Assembly (NCBI GenBank): GCA_963555825.3
Contig: CAUVXB020000001.1
Location: forward strand, 160,001 to 224,000
Origin: Alphaproteobacteria bacterium
GTDB lineage: Bacteria > Pseudomonadota > Alphaproteobacteria > JAAXGF01
Direction of reading: 5' to 3'
Length of the DNA stretch: 64,000 nt
Positions 1-10,308 of the stretch are shown here, piece by piece; position 1 is the first letter of the stretch, and each line of letters opens with the position of its first letter. The notes under the pieces are model-generated. The model ran no database searches, had not been told where the DNA came from, and saw only the letters and a list, made by a program, of their open reading frames with translations. Position numbers and translations under genes: made by a program.

Positions 1-416
1 ACATCGAGCACCGCATCCTGCGCCCCATCTGGCGCGATCCGCGCATCCACTACGCGGTCAACTGCGCCTCGATCGGCTGCCCCAACCTGGCGACCATGGC
101 GTTTACCGGCGCCAACGCCGAGGACATGCTGACGCGCACCGCGCGGGACTACGTCAACAACCCGCGCGGCGCCGAGCTGCGCAACGGCCGCCTCGTCGTC
201 TCGAGCATCTACGAGTGGTACAAGGAGGACTTCGGCGACAGCGACGTGGGCGTCATCCGCCACCTCAGGCAATATGCACAACCCAATCTCGCTGCCGCGC
301 TGGACGGCGTCACGCGCATCGCCGCCGATGATTACGACTGGGCGCTCAACGAGGCCGAGCGGCCGGCGTCGACGACGACGGCCCCCCCCAGGGGGAGCTT
401 CGGCGGCGAACGCTAA
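1..416 (+). CDS. DUF547 domain protein, C-terminal part (5' end outside the window)
   Basis: Frame from nt 3 reads IEHRILRPIWRDPRIHYAVNCASIGCPNL...SSIYEWYKEDF...YDWALN, the DUF547 motifs. Confidence 0.85.
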   Translation, partial: IEHRILRPIWRDPRIHYAVNCASIGCPNLATMAFTGANAEDMLTRTARDYVNNPRGAELRNGRLVVSSIYEWYKEDFGDSDVGVIRHLRQYAQPNLAAALDGVTRIAADDYDWALNEAERPASTTTAPPRGSFGGER

Positions 417-473
417 CCGACAGGGAGGCCCGGCAATCTGACGCTCGCCCCCGCTCCAAGCCAGACCGGGTTC

Positions 474-1898
474 GTGGCGAATGCCGTGTGGCTCGGCGCC
501 GGCGTTGCGTTGCTCGCGGCGCAGCTTGTGCTGCTCGCGCTTTCGCGCCGGTTTGCCTACGAAGCCAGCCTGGTCCACCTGCCGATCCCCTGGCTGGTGG
601 TGCTCGGGGTCACCGCCGGCGTCGTCTTCCTGGCGCTCCCCTGGGCGGTGCGTCGGGCGCGGGGCGGCAGGCTCCTGCTCGTCTGGATCGTCGCCGTCGG
701 CGTGCTGATGCGCGTCGCGATGTTGCCGTCGACGCCGGTGCTCGAGGACGATTTCAACCGCTATCTGTGGGATGGCGCGGTCGTGAGCCAAGGCATCAAC
801 CCCTACGCCCACGCGCCGATCGCGGCGACCGAATCGGAGGATGGCGGGCCGCCGGCGATGGTCGCGCTCGCCGCCGAGTCGGGGCGCATCGCCGAGCGCA
901 TCAACTACCCGGCGCTGCGCAGCATCTACCCGCCGGTCGCGCAGGCGGCGTTCGCGCTCGCCTATCGGCTCGAGCCCTGGAGCCTCGAGGTGTGGCGCGC
1001 CGTGCTCATGGCCTTCGACCTCGCGACGCTCGGCCTGTTGCTGGCGCTGCTGCGCCGTCTCGGCCGCTCGCCCTTGTGGGTTGTGCTTTACTGGTGGAAC
1101 CCGCTGGTCGTCAAGGAGCTGTTCAACTCGGCGCATATGGACGCGCTGGTGATCCCCTTCGTGCTCGGCGCGCTGTGGCTCGCGACGCGTGGCCGTAACG
1201 TCTGGGCGTCGGGCGCGCTGGCGCTGGCGGCGGGCGTCAAGCTTTGGCCGGTGCTGCTCTTGCCCATCGTGCTGCGGCCGCTGCTCGGGCATGGCGCCAA
1301 ACTCGCCGCCGCGTTGGCCGCGTTCGCCCTCCCGCTCGGCTTGATGGCGGTCCCCGTAATCGTCGCCGGACTCGATGTGACGTCGGGCTTCGTCGCCTAC
1401 GGCGGTTCGTGGCAGGCGAACGACGCCCTGTTCATGGCGCTCGCCTGGCTGGCCGGCGCGCTGCTCGATCTGGTCGGGGCGGGATCGGACGCGGCCGACG
1501 GGCTCAGCCGCATGCTCGTCGGCCTCGCGGTCGTCGGCCTCGCCCTCGCGCTCAACCGGACGGTGGCCGAAGAGCCCGCCGAACTATGCCGCCGGTCGAT
1601 GATCATCGTCGCCGCCCTGTTCCTGCTCGGCCCGACGCCGTTCCCCTGGTACTATGCCTGGCTCGTGCCGCTGCTCGTGCTGGTGCCGGTGACTTCGCTG
1701 CTCGCGCTCACCGCGCTGCTGCCGCTCTATTACCTGAGGTTCTACTTTGATGCGCGCGGACAGGCCGTGATCTTCGATAACGGCGTCGTCTGGCTCGAGT
1801 ACCTGCCCGTCTTGGCGCTGCTCGCGCGCGAGTGGCTGGTCGCCCGCCGAAGCGGGCAGTCGCGGATGCCGTCGGGAGTGGCCATCGATGTGCGGTGA
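474..1898 (+). CDS. Multi-pass membrane glycosyltransferase (GT87/DUF2029-like)
   Basis: EDDFNRYLWDG, INPYAHAP, IYPP, YWWNPL, NSAHMD motifs; many hydrophobic segments. Confidence 0.75.
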   Translation: MANAVWLGAGVALLAAQLVLLALSRRFAYEASLVHLPIPWLVVLGVTAGVVFLALPWAVRRARGGRLLLVWIVAVGVLMRVAMLPSTPVLEDDFNRYLWDGAVVSQGINPYAHAPIAATESEDGGPPAMVALAAESGRIAERINYPALRSIYPPVAQAAFALAYRLEPWSLEVWRAVLMAFDLATLGLLLALLRRLGRSPLWVVLYWWNPLVVKELFNSAHMDALVIPFVLGALWLATRGRNVWASGALALAAGVKLWPVLLLPIVLRPLLGHGAKLAAALAAFALPLGLMAVPVIVAGLDVTSGFVAYGGSWQANDALFMALAWLAGALLDLVGAGSDAADGLSRMLVGLAVVGLALALNRTVAEEPAELCRRSMIIVAALFLLGPTPFPWYYAWLVPLLVLVPVTSLLALTALLPLYYLRFYFDARGQAVIFDNGVVWLEYLPVLALLAREWLVARRSGQSRMPSGVAIDVR

Positions 1899-2560
1899 CG
1901 TCTCGATCGGCGCCGTCATCCCGGCGCTCGATGAGGAGCGGGCGATCGGCCGCGTGCTCGACGCGCTCCCCGCATGGGTCGACGAGGTGATCGTGGTCGA
2001 CAACGGCTCGAGCGACGCCACGGCCGCGGTCGCGCGCGGCTACGGCGCCGCCTGCCTCGCTGGCATCGCCGCGCTCGACGGCGCCGAGATCGTCGTCTTT
2101 CTCGACGCCGACTTCAGCGATCACGCCGAGGAGATGGCCCGCTTGGTCGACCCGATCGTCGCCGGCGAGGCCGAGCTGGTGATCGGCTCGCGCGTCCTGG
2201 GGCACAGCGAGCCGGGCGCGCTCACGGCACAGCAGCGTATCGGCAACCGTGTCGCTTGCGCGCTGATGCGCGCCTTCTGGGGCGCGCGCTACACCGACCT
2301 CGGGCCGTTCCGCGCCATCCGCTGCGACGCGCTCGCCCGCCTCGCTATGCGCGACCGCGACTTCGGCTGGACCGTCGAGATGCAGATCGAGGCGGCGCGC
2401 CTCGGCCTGCGCGTCCGCGAGGCGCCGACCAGCTACCGCCGCCGCGTCGGCGTCTCGAAGATCTCCGGCACACTGAGCGGTACGCTGCGCGCAGGTCTCA
2501 AGATCGTCTATGTGATCCTGCGCGCCGCGCTCGCGCCGCGGCCAGGAAATGCCCGAGGCC
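1888..2560 (+). CDS. Glycosyltransferase family 2; recognisable domain ends near 2540 although the frame stays open to 3249
   Basis: VIPALDEE, VVDNGSSD, FLDADFSD, TDLGPFRAI, GWTVEMQ, SKISGT; end coordinate approximate. Confidence 0.75.
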
Positions 2561-2568
2561 GGCGCCGG

Positions 2569-4020
2569 TCAGGCCGGGTCGCGACGCCGCGACGAGCGCT
2601 TGTCGATGTAATCCTTTATCCAGGACGCGGCATAGACGACGAGGAGCGGCTCGATCATGACCCGGTTGCGGTTGTTTTCGAAACTCACCAACAGGCACGA
2701 GATAACGGCGATGTAGATAAGCGTCATCGATATGTACAGATAGACGACCTCCTTGTCGGTCACGGCGCGCCGCCGCAACCCCTTGATCAGGATGACGACG
2801 CCCGAAGCGGCGACGAGACAGACGATCAGCAGAACGAAAACACCGAGCTTGGCGGTCGGCGCATAGAGCTCGCTTTCCGGCTTCACATCGAACCACGACA
2901 TCACGTGTCCCAGAAACCGTCCGTAGACGGCGACGTTGTACACCGCGTCCAGCGCCGTGATCTTTTCGAGATTAGCGAGAATGAAGTGGTTGTCCGTCGC
3001 TGGCATCGAGAATTCGCCGATCGCGAGCGCGACCTTTCGGGCGCAGTGTCCGGGGTAATGCCACATCGCATAGAGGTCGTCCCGCTTCAGCATCTCGGCC
3101 ACGGTGAGGTAAATTCGATGGTTGTAGTTGCTCTCGCCGTTGGTCTTGTAATAGTCGTCCAGGATGGCCATGCCGAAGGGCGGCGGCGGCTCGATCACCT
3201 CGGCGAACAGATGAGGCGGGGCCATGTCGGGAAGCTTGGCCGCGGGTGACAGGACGCCCGATCCGATGAGCGCCATGCGCTCGTCTTCGGGGACCTCGGC
3301 GACCGTCGTCATCGCGAAGTGCCACCACAGCCAACGGCTTGCCGAGAAATTCGAGAACAGCACTTGGTTCTTCGCGTAGATGCCGACAACCGGGACGAAT
3401 GGCACGATCGCGCCGGCCAGGGTGCGCCGCCAGATTTTTGGCCGCGCGAGCACAAGGGCGGCGATCGCTGCCACCACCCAGACCAGGTGAAACGCACTGC
3501 GCGTCAGCGCGAGGATGCCAATCAGGGAGAAGAAGAGGGCCGCCGTGCCGGCCGTCTCGCGGCTCAGGAAGCTGCGTAGCGCAAGCGCCGATAGTGTCAG
3601 CAGAGCGCCGGCTGGCCAGGTGTAGAAAAGCCAGCACTCGTAGATGATCGCGATCGGGCTGATCATGTATGCGGTGACGACCGCCAGACTTGTCCGCGAC
3701 GACAGGTCGTTGCCATGCATCAGGCGGTACATCGCGATATACATGGCCAGCGACAGGGCGGCGAAGGATGCCCAGAAGAACAGGTGAGCGAGATCGCCCG
3801 CGACTTGCAGCTAAAAGCCCAGGAACAGGTTGAACAGCGGCGGCTGTGCGTGGAAATACAGCAGGCTTGCGAACAGGTCCTCGCGCAACAGGACGGGGTC
3901 GATGTACTGGCGGAAATACCACAGCGGCTGGTAGTCGAACCTGACACCGGCGAACATGTAGCCAATGCGCGAGACAAGGAAAATCACGATCAGATGCAAC
4001 AGGTGACGGTCGGTCTTCAT
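2569..4020 (-). pseudogene. Polytopic membrane protein (GT-C-like) with an in-frame TAG at 3811-3813
   Basis: ORFs 3811..4020 and 2569..3744 share a frame; reading continues ...QPPLFNLFLGF*LQVAGDLAHLFFW... Confidence 0.65.
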
Positions 4021-4258
4021 TGTCCATCCGAACCTTGTACAAACCGCCGAAGTCGTCGCCGGCCGAATGGGTGCGTCGGTCGGCGAACCACCTTAACCGA
4101 GTTCCCCCGGATGGCGCCCGGCAGTCGTGGACCCGGTCGATCCAAACGCCGGACAGGCCGCTTCAGGCAGCAAGGTCGGAATCGGTCGTCGGCCATTTCG
4201 TCTCGAACCTCCCCATCTGGCTGGTCGAGCCGGCCAAGTCTATTAAAGTCGGCGTGCT

Positions 4259-6249
4259 TCACGGTAGCCGGAACAGAAGGAAGGTTTTGTCTTCGTGCAG
4301 GATTTGCGAGCGCTGGCTCAGATCGAACAGCATCCGGCTGAAGGCGAGAACGATTCTGCCAAAGCGGCGTCGAGAGGCGTTGCGCGAGTCCAACAAGTTC
4401 AGCAGGTACTTGTCCGAGCGGACGACAGCGCCGGAACGCTGCCATAGCACGTAGCGCACGCTATGCCTTCGGAAGTATTCTTCAGCCGCCTCGGTATCCC
4501 CATCGACAGGAAAGTCCTGTGCCGGCGACACCAAGCCGGCGGGCACGACGCTGAATATCGGATTGCGCCGGTAATCCAGATGCAGCTGTAAGGAAATCCA
4601 GGCCAGGAGTGTCTCGCCCTCCGGGACCAAGTGCTGCATTTCGGACACCGCTTCTTTGGCTTCGTCGCTCATAGAGAAACGGCTAAACTTCGAATAAATT
4701 GGCGCCCGGGCTGCCGCAAACGACAGAATTGATCCGTGGTTAGCCGCCTGATCAATACGGTTGACGAGCGGTCCAAAGAATGCCCCCAACAATAGGAAGG
4801 TCGGTAAAGATATCGCCATTAGCGCCATCAGGGGTCTCATGTTTTGCCCTCTCTCCTGGCGTGGAATTTGGGCGGCGCTTCTCCCGCAAAAATGATTGCC
4901 GCCGGCACAAGAGCAATCAAGATTGGGCACATGTAGCGAAGCGCCCTGTCGTAGCCGGACAGATAACGCTCGAAAATCAGTAGGGTTACGAGGTAGAGAA
5001 TGGGCAGCATGGCGCAACTGGATAGGGACCAGAGTATCGACGGGTTTCTTGACCAAGCATGCCGACGAGGACGGTACGCGATCAACGCGCAGCACAGACA
5101 GACGAGTAGAACGGCCACCGTGTAATGGGCAAAGCTGGCGCCGAGCCCCCACGACAGGGGCTTCAGAGAAAACAGGTCCAGCGACAGCAACGAAAATTCA
5201 GATTGATTCCCTTCGGCAGTGGTCGTGACCGAGGGCCCAAGCGCGGCCCAAGCGGCGTACCACCGAGGCGCATGAATTAGCATCCAGGGAAGAATGCCGG
5301 CCATGGCGATCGCCGCAACCGTGACGCACCAGATCAGGGTTGTGCGTATGCGGCGCGTGGCGACCGCGACGGCCAATACAGATAGTGGGAAGTGGAACAG
5401 CGGGACCAGCAAATACGTCGACTTGAGGGCGACCAACGCGGCATACATCAAACCCACGACAATGGCGCTCGACGGTGTCGCGAAGAAAATGCCGGGTCCC
5501 TCGCTCTCCCCGTAGGGAATGAACACGAGGAATAGCAGTAGAGCGACGCCGACGTATAACGCCGAAATGTTGACATACTGCGGGCTGATGAAGAACAGTG
5601 CTGCGACCGCCAGCGGCACGAGCCAACCACGCAGGCGGGCGCGTTCGGCGGCAACCAAAACCATGGTCATCGATAGGACCAATCCGAATAAAGCGTCGAC
5701 GGCGTTGATCTGGCCGATCGACCAGTGCGCCGCAATGAAACCGTGAAGGTAGGCTTGGCCGCCTAGTGTTTCATAGCCAAGAGCGCTGAACGGACCTCCA
5801 TCCAGCGTACCCGTCGCCAGCATGCGCAACGGATGGGTCAGATATTTCTCGAGGTCATCGCGAAAATTGAAGGCTTGCGGCGGTACCTGAGTGATCGCCG
5901 TGAAGACGAACACAGATAAAATCAACGCACCGCCGGGATAGGTGCGTAAGGCGAAATCCATCGAACCATAGCGTTCCCGGAGGCTCTCGAGTGAAACGCG
6001 TCGCGCCGATGGCCACACATCCACGCAAGCCCCGACCAACCCCAGGAGCACAATGAAATCGAGGACGATAGCGCGGGCAATTCCCAGCAGATTGAGGACG
6101 CCGCCGAGGATGACCCAAATGGCCAATCCGAAGCATAGCGTGGCGGGCCACGGCCAGCGCGCCCGAACTATTCTCTCGCCAAGACGCCCCCACCCATAAA
6201 GTGCAAAGGAATAGACGATGAGTAACGCGCTGATTCCTATGACCTTCAT
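4259..6249 (-). pseudogene. Large polytopic membrane protein, probably frameshifted near 4840-4890 (or two coupled genes)
   Basis: ORF from MKVIG (6249) stops at 4837; another frame continues MRPLMALMAISL...FLLFRLP to 4259; lower GC than flanks. Confidence 0.5.
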
Positions 6250-6799
6250 CCCGCTACGCCCCTCGACATCCGAGACTTGACGGCCGTCGCCCCGATACCA
6301 TGGGTGAGCCGACATCTCACCCGAAAATCCGCCGATGACCGACGACCCAAAGCCGGCTTGCCGGGCGCCGTCAACAGTCCGCTGCCGTCTTCGTCGAAGT
6401 CTATAGGATTGTTTGTATCACCGAGTGTGCGTTCGACGAGAGATGTGGCCACCATTTCTCAGTCTGCCGATATTACCCCAAATGATACAGTAGATAAATC
6501 AAATAGTTAATGACTAAATCCTAACCTTATAATTGAATGGAATTATCCGGGGAGATTTAAACCCAATTCTGCGGTGAGGTGGCTCCGGCGGATGTCGTTG
6601 CTCTCGCCGTTGGACGCGAAGCAGTCTCCCACGATGGCCATGCCGAATGTATCGCCGGCCTCGAAGACACGTCGGTCGGCGAGCCACCTTGAGACGTCCA
6701 AGGTGGGACGTTCAGGTTATGCTGGCCCATGCAGAATATTTCTTGTCATGCGGCGATGTCCCGGCCACTTTGGCGACCGCCCCCGTCGGAGAGCCCACC

Positions 6800-7102
6800 A
6801 TGCGCGAATGCCGAACCATGAACGAAGTACGCGAAGAGATCGACCGGCTCGATCGCCAGCTCGTCACGCTGCTCGCCGAGCGCTCCGGCTATGTCGGCCA
6901 AGCGGCGCGTATCAAGACGCAGGAAAATCAGATCCGCGACGTAGCGCGCATCGACGACGTCATCGCCAAGGTCCGGCTGCACAGTGAGACCGCGGGCCTC
7001 GATGCCGACCTCGCCGAACGCATCTGGCGCGGCATGATCGAAAGTTTCATTGCTCACGAGCACGCCCAACACCGGCGCATCCACCGTCGCGAGCCGGGCT
7101 AG
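6800..7102 (+). CDS. Chorismate mutase / isochorismate-pyruvate lyase (AroQ/PchB-like)
   Basis: MRECRTMNEVREEIDRLDRQLVTLLAER...AARIK; GGAG RBS before ATG 6800. Confidence 0.85.
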   Translation: MRECRTMNEVREEIDRLDRQLVTLLAERSGYVGQAARIKTQENQIRDVARIDDVIAKVRLHSETAGLDADLAERIWRGMIESFIAHEHAQHRRIHRREPG

Positions 7103-8277
7103 CGCGGCAATCCGAACAGCGGCCTTAGGCGCACGCCGATCCAGGTGCCGGCCAGCGCGCAGACGATCCACAGCCAGCCGTGCAGGCTGGTCGAGGCGAC
7201 GCCCGAGAAGAAGGCGCCGATGTTGCAGCCGAAGGCGAGCCGGGCGCCGTAGCCCATCGCCAGACCGCCGATCACCGCCGCCAGGGCGCCGCCGGGCGCG
7301 ATGCGGCGTGTCGGTGCAAACCGACCGGCGAGCCCCGCGGCGGTCAGCGCGCCGAGCACGATGCCGATGTTCATCACCGATGTGACGTCGTCGAACACGC
7401 CGCCGGCCATCGCGCGCGCCGGGAACCCGCCGCTCCAGAAGGCGCTCGCCGCCGGGTCCCAGCCGAGCACGGCGGCGGCCTTGGCGCCCCACAAGGTGAA
7501 GCCCCAGGTGATCGTCCAGGGGTGGCCGGCGATCAGCAGAGTCAGCCAATTGAGCAACGCGAGCAATCCGGCGCCGAGCAATAGCGGCCATGGTCCGCGG
7601 GCGAGGTCGCGCCAACCCAGCCGGCGGCTCCAGAGCGGCCGCTGAGCGACCGCGCCGGCCCAGCGGCGCAGACCAAACCAGAGCGCGCCGAGCACTGCGA
7701 TTTGGAGCGCGAGCGCGAGCGGCCAGCCGAACTCGGCGGCCAGCGAGACGCTTCGCCAGCGCGGCGCGGTGGCCCAGAATTCCAGGTCGAGGCTGCCCCA
7801 CAGCCCGCCGGCGCAAAAGGCGACGAGCGTGATCACCATACGCGTCGAACCGCCGCCGACGGTGTAGAGCGTGCCGGAGCCGCAGCCGCCACCGAGCTGC
7901 ATGCCGAGCCCGAAGATCAGGCTGCCGAAGGCGACCTGGAGGCCGACCGGCGCAACCGCGCCGACCACGCCATGGCCGAACACGCGGCCCTCGGCGAGCA
8001 CCGGCGCAAACAGCAGCATCGCCGCGCCGAGCATGACGAGCTGCGCGATGACGCCGGAGACGTCGCGCCGAACGATCGCATTGCGGTACGCCGCTGTGAA
8101 GCCGAACGCCGCGTGATACAGGCTGACGCCGAGCAATCCGCCGACCAGGAACAGCGCGCCGGGCTTCCAGCCATCGGTGGCCAGCAAAGCCGCGCCGCCA
8201 ACCAGGACGACGGCGCCGAACCCGGCGATCACCGGCTGTGCCGGCGGTTCGGTGATGGTGCTCGACGCGGTGCTCAT
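7099..8277 (-). CDS. YeeE/YedE family sulfur-compound (thiosulfate) transporter
   Basis: FGLGMQLGGGCGSGTL and MGYGARLAFGCNIGAF motifs. Confidence 0.9.
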   Translation of the reverse strand: MSTASSTITEPPAQPVIAGFGAVVLVGGAALLATDGWKPGALFLVGGLLGVSLYHAAFGFTAAYRNAIVRRDVSGVIAQLVMLGAAMLLFAPVLAEGRVFGHGVVGAVAPVGLQVAFGSLIFGLGMQLGGGCGSGTLYTVGGGSTRMVITLVAFCAGGLWGSLDLEFWATAPRWRSVSLAAEFGWPLALALQIAVLGALWFGLRRWAGAVAQRPLWSRRLGWRDLARGPWPLLLGAGLLALLNWLTLLIAGHPWTITWGFTLWGAKAAAVLGWDPAASAFWSGGFPARAMAGGVFDDVTSVMNIGIVLGALTAAGLAGRFAPTRRIAPGGALAAVIGGLAMGYGARLAFGCNIGAFFSGVASTSLHGWLWIVCALAGTWIGVRLRPLFGLPR

Positions 8278-8280
8278 CGA

Positions 8281-8748
8281 CTAACCGTCGAGCATGTCGG
8301 CGCGCAGCATCCAAGCGACGTACCAGCCGCTGGCGGCGCCGTGTTCGAGGCATACCATGGTAGCCGGGCGAAACGCCGCGACGACGACGTCCTCGCTGCC
8401 GACGACGAGCCGCGCGGCGAGGTCCCCCATGAACGGCAAATGGCCGACCAGCACGGTGTTCTCTTGCAATCCGCTGAACTCGTTGGCGACCGGCGCGGTC
8501 GGATCGTTGGGTGCCAGGCCGTCGCGGGCGACGCAGGCGCCGGCGTCGGCCATCACCTCGGCGAGGATCTCGGCGGTCTGGCGCGCCCGCGTCTTGCCCG
8601 AATGCAGGATGCATTCGGCGCGCACGCCGCGCTGGCCGACGAACGCCGCGAGACGTTCGACGTTGGCGCGGCCCGCCGCGCTCAAGGACTGATCGGGGTC
8701 GACCTCCTTGGCGAGCGCCTCGCCGTGGCGGACGAGGTAGAGCTTCAC
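8281..8748 (-). CDS. sixA: Phosphohistidine phosphatase SixA
   Basis: LYLVRHGEA, HSGKTRARQTA, LVGHLP. Confidence 0.85.
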   Translation of the reverse strand: MKLYLVRHGEALAKEVDPDQSLSAAGRANVERLAAFVGQRGVRAECILHSGKTRARQTAEILAEVMADAGACVARDGLAPNDPTAPVANEFSGLQENTVLVGHLPFMGDLAARLVVGSEDVVVAAFRPATMVCLEHGAASGWYVAWMLRADMLDG

Positions 8749-8882
8749 GGGCGGTCCTTCCTGGCGGTGTCGTCGATAACGCCGAGTCTATACCCGAACC
8801 GGCCATTTCGAAAACCGGCGGCGAGTGGCGGAAATTCAGCTAAATTGACGCGCGGTCGGCAGGTAGACGCTTTGGAGGCATC

Positions 8883-9347
8883 ATGATCGAAGTCAACGGG
8901 ATGGCGCACGTCATACTCACCGTGAGCCAGTTCGACAAAGCCCGCGAATTCTATTCGGCGTTGTTGCCGTCCTTCGGCATGGAGCTGATCCACGACGGCG
9001 CCGACTTCTGCTATCACGTCGGCGGCCGGACGGCGATCGGCATCCGGCCTTGCGACGAGGAATGCGCCGGCGAACGTTTCAACCAGTTGCGCGTCGGCCT
9101 GCACCATATCTGCCTCAGGGCCCGTTCCCGCGAGGACGTCGACCAGGCCGGCGCCAAGGCGGCCGAACTCGGCGCCACGATCGTGCGCGGCCCGCAAGAC
9201 GGTGACTGGGCGCCGGGCTACTACTACGTGCTGTTCGAGGATCCCGACGGCATACGCCTCGAAGTGAATTTCGTTCCCGGGCAGGGCTTGTTGAAGAAAG
9301 GCGCGCGGTTCGATCCCGGGACCGGTTATGCCGCCGAGCCGGCCTGA
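8883..9347 (+). CDS. VOC (glyoxalase/bleomycin resistance) family protein
   Basis: HVILTVS, GLHHICLRA, YYVLFEDPDGIRLEV. Confidence 0.85.
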   Translation: MIEVNGMAHVILTVSQFDKAREFYSALLPSFGMELIHDGADFCYHVGGRTAIGIRPCDEECAGERFNQLRVGLHHICLRARSREDVDQAGAKAAELGATIVRGPQDGDWAPGYYYVLFEDPDGIRLEVNFVPGQGLLKKGARFDPGTGYAAEPA

Positions 9348-9595
9348 GGCCGCCGGCGCGCATATTCTCTCTGTCGCCGGACTTCGCGAGACGATAGGTA
9401 ATACCAAGGATCAGTGATAAAGACCCGTAGAGATCGCGTCCGCTTTTCGCCGGTGAGGCAAGGGAGCCGCGGGCGATGCAGCGCATCGGCTAGGCAACCT
9501 GACGCCCTCCAGCGATAAGCGGACGTGACCCGAAGGGCGGCGTGCCGAGGCTCCCGGACGTCGTTCCACCCATCTTGCGATGCCCCTCCTATTGC

Positions 9596-10187
9596 CATGT
9601 GTGGACGGCTCCCTGTTGGCAAGAGATTTTGTGACGTTGATGCAAGCTGGTCGGGTGCTGCCATGTGTCCGGCCTTTTGGTGCGGCGTACATGTGTGGAC
9701 GGCTCCCTGTTGGCAAGAGATTTTGTGACGTTGATGCAAGCTGGTCGGGTGCTGCCATGTGTCCGGCCTTTTGGTGCGGCGTACATGTGTGGACGGCTCC
9801 CTGTTGGCAAGAGATTTTGTGACGTTGATGCAAGCTGGTCGGGTGCTGCCATGTGTCCGGCCTTTTGGTGCGGCGTACATGGCCGCTGGCCCTAATGCGA
9901 TCCGCGGGGTCGGGTCCCATGTGTGGACGGCTCCCTGTTGGCAAGAGATTTTGTGACGTTGATGCAAGCTGGTCGGGTGCTGCCATGTGTCCGGCCTTTT
10001 GGTGCGGCGTACATGGCCGCTGGCCCTAATGCGATCCGCGGGGTCGGGTCCCATGTGTGGACGGCTCCCTGTTGGCAAGAGATTTTGTGACGTTGATGCA
10101 AGCTGGTCGGGTGCTGCCATGTGTCCGGCCTTTTGGTGCGGCGTACATGGCCGCTGGCCCTAATGCGATCCGCGGGGTCGGGTCCCA
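9596..10187. repeat. Tandem nested copies of the IS1111 right end, starting at 9596, 9690, 9784, 9918, 10052 (94, 94, 134, 134 bp, then full length)
   Basis: Each unit begins CATGTGTGGACGGCTCCCTGTTGGCAAGAG; copies look identical over shared lengths. Confidence 0.95.
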
Positions 10188-10308
10188 GTCATAAGCACGC
10201 GCTCGAGGCGCCGTGGCTATAGCGGGTTTTCCCGATCCTCGGTTCGACCGATTTTGCATTACGTCACTTACACTCCGCCAAACTCGTGAACGCCTTGTTT
10301 TCGTCGGC
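10052..10308 (-). ncRNA. Putative IS1111 bridge/seek RNA region
   Basis: Non-coding end after the transposase stop; contains segments matching the IS ends (ACACATG, CGCATTA) and the flank (CTATAGCCA); boundaries inferred. Confidence 0.6.

Noticed and set aside
3811-3813. Pyrrolysine or programmed readthrough of the in-frame TAG
   Set aside because: No pyl genes in the window and not a known Pyl protein family; nonsense mutation or error is simpler
3102-6647. Diversity-generating retroelement TR/VR pair
   Set aside because: Mismatches occur at A, T and G positions rather than adenines of one strand, and no reverse transcriptase is present
6746-8806. Long alternative-frame or antisense ORFs (also 26889-28955, 28995-30536, 45455-47125, 61952-63394)
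   Set aside because: Shadow ORFs typical of high-GC DNA overlapping well-supported genes; Arg/Ala/Gly-rich, no motifs
9596-10187. CRISPR array or repeat-protein ORFs
   Set aside because: No unique spacers; the units are copies of the IS end, and the ORFs in several frames are by-products of the repeat
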